DNA of 64,000 bases from Antedon mediterranea (lineage: Eukaryota > Animalia > Echinodermata): positions 12,648,001 through 12,712,000 of the forward strand of contig NC_092671.1 of the NCBI RefSeq assembly GCF_964355755.1, read 5' to 3'. Within the stretch, counting starts at the first letter, position 1; each line of letters begins with the position of its first letter. Both the position numbers and the translations under genes were made by a program. Positions 57,401 to 64,000 of this stretch are shown here, piece after piece. The notes under the pieces were generated by a model, which was given only the letters and a program-made list of their open reading frames with translations, was not told the DNA's origin and did no database searches.

Positions 57401-60400
57401 ATGGAGAGGGTGAAGTCGAAGCAGAATTTGAACTTACTTTAGCTACTGGTGACGAAGACGCTGATGGCGTTCAACAACCTGCGTGAGTTACAGTATTTAT
57501 TTATTTTCTTAATAGCCAGTGCTAAAATAATAATGATAAATGGTTTTCAGTAGGGACAGTTTGTTTTGATAGTTACGTCATTAATTCAGTGTGCGCATGC
57601 GAGGACAGATGCGGTTCCGATGACCAACAAAACAATGTAGGTTTTAGGTTGTCACAAATCAAAGGGTTTAAGCGCTCAGCATTATGCAATTTAATCTAAT
57701 GTAAACGTACGTTTCACATGGGGTACCACTTTTATATGCGCTGACGTATGGTACGTTGTAAACATGGAAACAAAATTAACAGAACGTTTGTTACGATTCT
57801 GAATTTAAGAAATTTATATATTGTTTAGTGTGATTTTTTAATGAATTACATGCTCAATTTCATAGTTTAAAACCACAACAAACTGATGCTGACAATAACA
57901 TTACTCAAGACAAAGATGCAAAGACAGTTCCTGAAGAAACATCATCTATTAGCAATATTAGAATAGAAATATCACCAGTTCAAACAAGTAAACCAGAAGA
58001 CTGCTATAACAAAGTATACCAAGACACACTTATCACAAAACTTGGTATCAATGAGGAAGACTTAATAAGAAAACCTAAACAACCAAATACTAAAGATAAT
58101 GGAAGTGCTAATAATATCGCTGAAAAGAAAGACGACAGTTTGCCAGAGTGCAAAAAGTCTAAAGTTCGCATCCCTTCATGGTTGGCAGGGTCTGTCAAGC
58201 ACGATACGGAGGCGGTAAAGGCTCCAAATCAAATGACATCCAAACCTAAAAAGCAAGAAGAATCACCAGATGGAACCATGTCAAAAGATGCTATCAATCG
58301 TAAAGTTATTCAGCCAGGTGGGAACATTGGTAGTGACAATGATGCAGAGAATAACACCAATTCAGATACTCGTGAGTCTACGAAAATTGGTAAATATGAT
58401 AAGAAAGACGAGAGCCTAGAACAAGAAAGGAACGCTAACACTGACATATCCCAAGACTTAAACTCAACCAAACAGTCTGATGCGAGATTGAAACCACAAA
58501 AGTCAAATGAAACTGCAGATATCAAGCCTGCAATTCTCTCATTTGTTGTCACTACAGATAATAAATCTCAAAATGTCCACCATGATGTCACGGTAGACAA
58601 GTCGATAGAACATAACGCTGGTATCAATATTGGGAAAAAATATCAAGTAAAACCAAATGGTGCATCTCTACCTAAAGAAAATGTAGCCAATAAACAACGT
58701 AAGACAAGTTTTACCGGCCCTAAACAGCAATCAGACATAAAGCAAACGATGTCATATCAAGACTACAAGAAGAACAAAGATAGTATGAAAAATGCTGAAT
58801 ACAAAGCGCTGCCGCCCTGGCTTGAACATCTTGGAAGTAAAAAGTCTGGTAGTGAAAGTGACGATGATTACGATAGTGATGATGATGAAGAGGATATTCT
58901 GGAAGAAATTCCAGTACCAAGAAAAAGGTTGATTTTAAACATTCTGACACAAACTCTGCACCGTCACGAAAAGAAATAGTTGAACACAACACAGTGTAGC
59001 CCTAGATAAGAATTACCCACATTAAAACCCACATTAATTATTTTCACTGTCCACGTGTGTTGATGATGCGTACTTCACATATGGTTTTGTACTGCGCACT
59101 TATGGGTTTACTAGTTATGTTTTCAGTACGTAATGAAACTTATAGATTTCATATTACAGTTTCAACACTGTCAACCGCACATTAAATGCAAAATTATGAA
59201 GGACAGAAATGGAAGAACAGTAAGGACGCGTGTTAGTTAGTTACCGCTACCGCGCGCCTTTACAATCACTCACGTCGTTTCATTTTACAACCACACCTTA
59301 TTTTCATTTTACATACAGTTTATTTTCTCTTTACACATAGTATTGTGGAAATGTGTTTTTTTTTATTTCACTTGATTGCCTAAACTCGATTACTTACATA
59401 ATGTTAATTTATTTAGGATGATTGGAAGTGTACCAGAACACCCCGTTGGTAAACCTCATGTGTCAAATGTGACTAAAAACACCCTAACGCTGGCATGGTA
59501 TGAACCGACATCTGATGAAGGAAGTGAGATCACATCATATAAGGTAAAATAAGAAAATAAAATTTATGTTAATACTTTCTGTTTTCTCTTATAAATGTCA
59601 AATATTATTTCAAGGAATCCTCTAAATTATGTTGCTAATATTTCTGATAGATTGAAGAGGGTTCCAACTCGATTTGGACAGAAATTGCCGAGGTTAAAAC
59701 AACATCTCACCATCTAAGTAATCTTCAACCAAATACGGAATACTTATTCCGAGTTAAAGCAGTTAACAGAAACGGCTGCGGTGCCGTCGGTAAAACATCG
59801 AAACATGTGACCACAAAAGACCCAACAGGTGAGACTTTTATTCAGTGTTCATCTATCGATGCCAATTGAAACCTCTGTTTATAGCGGCAACATCATTGAC
59901 TTATCTATTCTATTTATTTGTTTTTCGATTCACAGATGATGAAATTAAAACGCGTGAGAAATGGGTTAAGCCTTACTTTGAGACAAAGATGAGTAATGTT
60001 GAGGTCGTTAAAGGCAAAGAGATGAGATTTGACTGTGTTGTTAAAGGAACACCAGTCCCAGACATCAAATGGTGTGTTTTTTTCTATCATATTTGTAGTT
60101 GACACAGTTGCAAACGTATGGAAACCGAATTATGAAAGTCAGTGAAGGGAACCATTAGTAGAGATACCGATAGTAGAGATATAAGTTGTTAGTATAACAT
60201 CTGGTCTACTGCACTTTGAAACAGTTATACTATAACTTTATTAATTTTATTCTATTAAGGTTTAAGGATGGAAAGGAATTAACAGACAGTCGACGTTATC
60301 AATTTGCGCAAGGTGTCGAGGTGATCAGTTTGCAGATCGCCAAATCTGAAGACGACGACGCCGGAAACTATATTTGTGGAGCAGAAAGCACGGCTGGAAT

Positions 60401-60550
60401 AGCATACTGCAAAGCACACGCCGTTATTAAAAGTAAGTTATAATTGTATACATTATAATTAATACTATCTCCGGTATCGTTAGACAATTCAATTAGTTGT
60501 TGCTTTATTATGAGAATATGACATAAATTAATAATTTTACAGGTGATTAA
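1..60550 (+). CDS. TTN: Giant titin/connectin-like (titin-twitchin family) muscle protein gene, 5'-partial, >100 exons in window
   Basis: Continuous series of phase-compatible GT-AG exons encoding I-set Ig, titin-type Fn3 (W.PP..DGGSPI..Y..E...W...Y.FRV.A.N.AG...PS), a titin/twitchin kinase and post-kinase Ig domains. Symbol is family-level; orthology not tested. The junction 50670-to-53.6 kb is uncertain. Confidence 0.85.
1248..1467 (-). mobile_element. Penelope-like repeat fragment flanked by (TA)n microsatellites
   Basis: 1271-1410 aligns by eye with 30901-31019; (TA)n at 1248-1273 and 1419-1467; truncated at the hammerhead. Confidence 0.6.
3640..3716 (+). repeat. Probable retroposon 3' tail remnant with (TAAA)n
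   Basis: Small hairpin CAGCC-AAT-GGCTG (3656-3668) followed by (TAAA)n at ~3693-3716. Confidence 0.35.
3849..4142 (+). CDS. Ig domain (I/A-junction or A-band type) preceding the Fn3 run
   Basis: Exon 3849-4142: PEVKINDDLKKLTIRAGKKV...GAPSPTVSWK...DRGKYTVTAANDVG. Confidence 0.9.
4295..35942 (+). CDS. Array of 70 consecutive fibronectin type III domains in 66 exons
   Basis: Manual count, including exons with no + ORF in the track (~7359, ~7778, ~14270, ~24477, ~29563). Exons ~300 nt end ...AKPPY|G|GT and start AG|AT; four exons carry two domains (19877-20455, 20971-21558, 25309-25899, 33123-33731). No Ig exon intervenes. Confidence 0.9.
30901..31052 (-). mobile_element. Penelope-like element terminal-repeat fragment
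   Basis: Second copy of the repeat at 1271-1410, extended by a minimal hammerhead motif typical of PLE pLTRs. Confidence 0.6.
31008..31050 (-). ncRNA. Minimal type I hammerhead ribozyme
   Basis: Minus strand reads TTGCA-CTGATGA-A-GGGC-TAGTATT-GCTC-GAAA-GC-TC-TGC: core CUGAUGA/GAAA/UC, stem II GGGC:GCUC, stem I GCA:UGC, palindromic AGCU stem III. Confidence 0.7.
32921..33010 (+). promoter_or_regulatory. Candidate intronic muscle promoter (CArG-TATA-Inr)
   Basis: CCAAATATGG 32921-32930, TATAAAA 32979-32985, TTCAG with A at 33008 (29 nt after the TATA start). Confidence 0.4.
36057..45836 (+). CDS. Mixed Ig/Fn3 segment: (Ig-Fn-Fn)x4, Ig-Ig-Fn-Fn-Fn, Ig-Ig-Fn-Fn-Ig-Ig-Fn
   Basis: Ig exons/segments at ~36057, 37201, 38279, 39448, 40855, 41228, 42930+43135, 43497, 44739, 45153 interleaved with 14 Fn3. 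The final Ig-Ig-Fn-Fn-Ig-Ig-Fn matches the pre-kinase P-zone pattern of titin. Confidence 0.88.
46032..48443 (+). CDS. Titin/twitchin-type Ser/Thr kinase (CAMK/MLCK group) with N-terminal linker and C-terminal regulatory tail
   Basis: Exons 46032-46097, 46297-46387, 46827-47027, 47118-47259, 47379-47578, 47796-47948, 48051-48183, 48332-48443 splice to ...YEICEEIGRGSYGIV...WAAKF...HLDMKPENILF...KIIDFGLA...GTPEFVAPE...DLWSLG...HPWL...LAIGRLAHTGSLR. Confidence 0.93.
46590..46763. repeat. Long near-perfect inverted repeat (~75-80 bp arms), probably part of a non-autonomous DNA element spanning ~46445-46765
   Basis: Left arm ...GGTGAATGATGAAAGGTTATATCAAC ends 46672; right arm GTTGATATAACCTTTCATCATTCACC... 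starts 46686; 13-nt spacer TCGGCTTTGCCTC. Confidence 0.9.
48571..50670 (+). CDS. Post-kinase Ig domains 1-3 (M1-M3-like) with a basic linker
   Basis: Exons 48571-48688, 48781-48953, 49108-49171, 49281-49423, 49709-49912, 50082-50217, 50495-50670; phases compatible; I-set motifs (P.F...L, PEP.VTW.K, D.G.Y.C.A.N). Confidence 0.85.
51003..51330. mobile_element. Possible HINE/Helentron-like non-autonomous element remnant
   Basis: Perfect 16-nt palindrome TACTGGGATCCCAGTA (51009-51024) after a T-run, followed by (GTTT)n; right boundary unclear. Confidence 0.3.
52497..52577 (+). promoter_or_regulatory. Candidate internal promoter (MCAT-TATA-Inr-ATG)
   Basis: GGAATG 52497-52502, TATAAAT 52517-52523, TCAAGT 52547-52552, GGTATGG with ATG at 52575. 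Confidence 0.45.
52575..53644 (+). CDS. Large R/S/Y/P-rich low-complexity exon (M-band insertion-like, or alternative first exon)
   Basis: 357-aa ORF from ATG 52575 to a phase-2 donor AG|GTAAGA at 53644 that matches the phase-2 acceptor at 53818; many SP/TP and RxxS motifs. Confidence 0.65.
53818..57482 (+). CDS. Post-kinase Ig domains 4-7 with an R/S-rich insertion
   Basis: Exons 53818-54158, 55061-55196, 55451-55629, 55740-56246 (RS-rich insert then start of Ig6; not in ORF track), 56537-56734, 56953-57132, 57260-57482; all junctions in frame. Confidence 0.82.
57866..58927 (+). CDS. ~350-aa disordered K/N/D/S-rich insertion exon ending in an acidic patch
   Basis: Acceptor CATAG|57866 (phase 2) is in frame with ORF 58140-58979; weak donor AG|GTTGAT after 58927, otherwise reads on to TAG ending at 58979. 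Confidence 0.6.
59417..60550 (+). CDS. Terminal Fn3 + Ig domain and stop codon
   Basis: Exons 59417-59543 and 59651-59828 (Fn3: PVGKPHVSNVTKNTLTLAWYEPTSDEGSEITSYK|IE...YLFRVKAVN), 59936-60071 and 60260-60432 (Ig), 60543-60550 (S-D-TAA). Confidence 0.72.
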
Positions 60551-60734
60551 TATACGAAGTCCAAATGGGATGTCATCTCGACTACCAACTGTATCCAGAA
60601 TTGTAACATTTACAACAAATTATATCTATATTTGACATATTTATTACTTTGGTCAAGACACATCGTTTGATTAAAAATAGGTGACTTCAAGCTGCTGCCC
60701 GGAAGCTTGAAGTAGTATGCAAATTTAATCTCAC

Positions 60735-60748
60735 AATAAATAAATAAA
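60735..60748 (+). terminator. Candidate polyadenylation signal (overlapping AATAAA)
   Basis: AATAAATAAATAAA ~185 nt after the inferred stop. Confidence 0.5.
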
Positions 60749-61269
60749 TTAGTTAGTTAGTTTAAGCAAATTAAGCTACGTATGTGGTAGCTCTCTTTCG
60801 TTTTGACGTGTTCGTAGACCCAGACACATCCGGACATTTAATATAAAATAGTCAGTAACGAACTTCTACAAATCAGGTATCCAGATTGTTTGTGTTTGTA
60901 GTAAGCAACAATACCGTAGTCATTAGTCATTATAAATTAAAATTCATGTTAAAATAGTAGTTATTGTTCACCGAAAATTGGTTAGTAAATAAAAGTGCAA
61001 TTACACAAAAAGGCTTCGTTATGTTATCGTCAGAGATTTTTTTTCGCAAAATGACAATGCCATACCATAATTCTTCATACTATTATTTATGTCAACAAAT
61101 CTTTTCCAAATATAACTATCAATCAAAATTCACTAACATTGCTATATGTGCACGTATATCATCATCTTATGGTGTCATATAACCAATTTGTATCAACAAA
61201 TAAGAGGATAAACATTTACTCATTTTTCTTGAAATATCCTGTTACTATTTGCTGGGATTTAAGGGTCGA

Positions 61270-61787
61270 AAATTGGTCATTTTTATATAGTATAGGGAGT
61301 TTTTCGAAAAATTCCCAAAATATCGACGTTTTAAAATGCAATTATTGTGCGATAATATGGCTATATATGCGCATATATTGCTTTGTATCATTTATACAGC
61401 CATAGTAACCAGTTTTGTCGAAAAATAAAAGGGTTGAAATTTTGCCATTTTTTTGAAAAAAAATCCCTGTACTATAGTATAGGGATTTTTTCGAAAAATG
61501 CCCAAAATATCGACTTTATAAAATCCAATTATTGTGCGATAATATGGCTATATATGCGCATATATTGCTTTGTATAATTTATAGAGCCATAGTAACCAGT
61601 TTTGTCGAAAAATAAAAGGCTCGAAATTTTGCCATTTTTTCGAAAAATTCCCAAAATATCGGCTTTTTAAAATGCAATTATTATGCGATAATATGGCTAT
61701 ATATGCGCATATATTGCTTTGTATAATTTATAGAGCCATAGTAACCAGTTTTGTCGAAAAATAAAAGGCTCGAAATTTTGCCATTTA
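61270..61787. repeat. Tandem repeat, about 3 copies of a ~145-180 bp unit
   Basis: GCGATAATATGGCTATATATGCGCATATATTGCTTTGTAT...CCATAGTAACCAGTTTTGTCGAAAAATAAAAGG recurs at ~61350, ~61535, ~61685. Confidence 0.9.
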
Positions 61788-61789
61788 AG

Positions 61790-61986
61790 AAACAAGGCCA
61801 ACCAACAACCATAAGTCGCGTGCTCTCAGAAAAAAAATGAACTTTCAAAAAGTAATGTACTTTAAAACTTTTCTGTACAACAAAACAGTTCAAAAAGTAC
61901 AGAAAAGCGATAAAACGCATAGTGATACCGGACCGACAGACAGACCGACCGACCGACCGACATAGTCGCGTCCACCCGACTAAAAA
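61790..61986. mobile_element. HINE/DINE-1-like non-autonomous Helentron
   Basis: AGTCGCGT near both ends (~61814, ~61964), (GACC/GACA)n microsatellite 61929-61962, terminal hairpin TAGTCG-CGTCCACC-CGACTA (61963-61982), A-run boundary. Confidence 0.55.
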
Positions 61987-64000
61987 TATACTATAAAATG
62001 TATTTCTTATTTTATTAAAAAAATCATGAGTCTCCTCTCCTTAATTGCAAACACAAAAAACGATCTGAGCATGTGCAAATGTATATAAAAGCACTCAGAT
62101 AATGTACAGAGGGCAGTATAAAGATATAAGCAGTGAGTTAGGCAGATCATAGGTCAGCTCTCCTTAATTGCCTAAGCCACACAGCTGACTTAGGCAGAAA
62201 CACAAAAAATATAGTATATTGATATAAGCAGTGAGTTGGGCAGAAAAAAAAATTATGACTTAGACACTTTTGTTATGAGGCTGTCGATATCACCTATATA
62301 CAAAAAATGCTACCTTTAAGTAACAAAATTTAATAGCATCAGCTCTTCAAATTAAAATTAACACTGATGATTTTAGAAAAGGAAAGTAGCAATAAAAGAG
62401 AAAGAATTTGTAACAAATGGGTTAAAAAATATACTATAAAAAATGTATTTCTTATTTCATTTAAAAAATCATGAGTCTCCTCTCCTTAATTGCCTAAGTC
62501 AAACAGCTGACTTAGGCAGAAACACAAAAAAACGATCTGAGCATGTGCAAATGCATATAAAAGCACTCAGATAATGTACAGAGGGCAGTATAAAGATATA
62601 AGCAGTGAGTTAGGCAGATCATAAGTCAGCTCTCCTTAATTGTCTAAGTCACACAGCTGACTTAGGCAGAAACACAAAAAATATAGTATATTGATATAAG
62701 CAGTGAGTTAGGCATATCATAAGTCAGCTCTCCTTAATTGCCTAAGTCACACAGCTGACTTGGGCAGAAACACAACAAATATAGTATATTGATATAAAAG
62801 GCAATATCGATCATTATGTATTAGAGGTAACTCTCTTTGTAGAAAATTTAGTAAATGCTCAACAGATGTTAAGATTACTTTGTTTAAGTCATACTGTATT
62901 AGTATGTATTGTGCGGCCTTATGGTGCGATTTTAATGTAAAAACTATAAAGTCATTACAGGTCTGTTATAATAACGCAATTAAAAAGATTTTAAGACGCT
63001 CAAGGAGCTGTAGTGCTAGTGCTATGTTTGTTGATAACCATGTTCCCTCCTTCTATGAGTACATTCGGAAATCAATTTTTTGTTTCAAAACAAAAACTGA
63101 AAAAAGCTGTAATACTTTAATTACATGTGTTTTTTCTCGTATTCTAAAAGATTCAAAGTTGCATAGAAATGGACAGAACTTTTGTATATTTAATCTCATG
63201 TATACTTTTACGTGTGTTAACTAGTATCAGCATAGCCATAATAATGTGTTGTTTTTGTAAACTTTATGTGTTTCATATGGACAGTTTGTCTGAAATAAAG
63301 TTGAATTGAATTGAATTGATATAAGCAGTGAGGTAGGCAGAAAAAAAAATTATGACTTAGACACTTTTGTTATGAGGCTGTCGATATCATCAATATACAA
63401 ACAATTCTACTTTTAAGTAACAAAATTTAATAGCATCAGCTCTTCAGATTAAAATTAACACTGATGGTTTTAGAAAAGGAAAGTAGCAATAAAAGCGAAA
63501 GAATTTGTAACAAATGGGTTAAAAAATATACTATAAAAATGTATTTCTTATTTTATTTAAAAAATCATGAGTCTCCTCTCCTTAATTGCCTAAGTCACAC
63601 AGCTGACTTAGGCAGAAACACAAAAAAACGATCTGAGCATGTGCAAATGCATATAAAAGCACTCAGATAATGTACAGAGGGCAGTATAAAGATATAAGCA
63701 GTGGGTTAGGCAGAAAAACAAAAATTATGACTTAGATACTTTTGTTATGAGGCTGTCGATATCATCTATATACAAAAATGCTACCTTTAAGTAACAAAAT
63801 TTAATAGCATCAGCTCTTCAGATTAAAATTAACACTGATGATTTTAGAAAAGGAAAGTAGCAATAAAAGAGAAAGAATTTGTAACAAATGGGTTAAAAAA
63901 TATACTATAAAAATGTGTTTTTTATTTCATTTAAAAAATCATGAGTCTCCTCTCCTTAATTGCCTAAGTCACACAGCTGACTTTGGCAGAAACACAAAAA
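61982..64000. repeat. Complex satellite-like array (~370-440 bp units with ~98 bp sub-repeats), continues past window end
   Basis: AAAAATATACTATAAAA recurs at ~61982, 62425, 63522, 63896; internal hairpin GCCTAAGTCA-CACAGC-TGACTTAGGC repeated many times. Confidence 0.9.
62798..63314 (+). mobile_element. 5'-truncated non-LTR retrotransposon (LINE; clade uncertain, RTE-X/L2-like) inserted into the satellite
   Basis: Frame RQYRSLCIRGNSLCRKFSKCSTDVKITLFKSYC...LW...YNNAIKKIL...SASAMF resembles a LINE ORF2 C-terminus; AATAAAG+(TTGAA)n tail; ATTGATATAA duplicated at 62788-62797 and 63315-63324. Confidence 0.75.

Noticed and set aside
57484-57486. TGA as selenocysteine/read-through or as the definitive gene end
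   Set aside because: It lies within a consensus GTGAGT donor whose phase matches downstream exons; no SECIS recognised
1-60550. Calling the gene twitchin/unc-22, projectin, obscurin or MyBP-C
   Set aside because: No RhoGEF or second kinase seen; far larger than MyBP-C; tandem I-band-type Igs and the extended insertion-rich tail fit titin better, although the pre-kinase segment is twitchin-like
60964-61920. Short ORFs downstream of the gene
   Set aside because: Translations of AT-rich and tandem-repeat DNA with no protein-like features
61270-64000. CRISPR-like appearance of repeated hairpin units
   Set aside because: Intervening sequences are themselves repeated, units are long, context is eukaryotic and there are no cas genes

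Overview
AT-rich invertebrate (metazoan) genomic DNA. About 60.5 kb is the 3' part of one giant, intron-rich titin/connectin-family muscle gene on the + strand, entered mid-gene. Order reconstructed by hand from GT-AG exons: at least 8 tandem I-band-type Ig; 1 Ig; 70 uninterrupted Fn3 domains in 66 phase-1 exons; (Ig-Fn3-Fn3)x4; Ig-Ig-Fn3x3; Ig-Ig-Fn3-Fn3-Ig-Ig-Fn3; a kinase with canonical AAK/HLD/DFG motifs and an autoinhibitory tail; then an M-band-like tail of 8 Ig, 1 Fn3 and low-complexity insertions, with a likely stop at 60548-60550. Highlights: the very long pure-Fn3 run, two candidate internal muscle promoters (CArG-TATA-Inr at ~32.9 kb, MCAT-TATA-Inr-ATG at ~52.5 kb), an antisense Penelope-type minimal hammerhead ribozyme in an intron, and a long intronic hairpin in the kinase. 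The last ~3 kb are nested repeats (tandem arrays, a HINE-like element, a truncated LINE). All calls come from reading the sequence; no searches were run.
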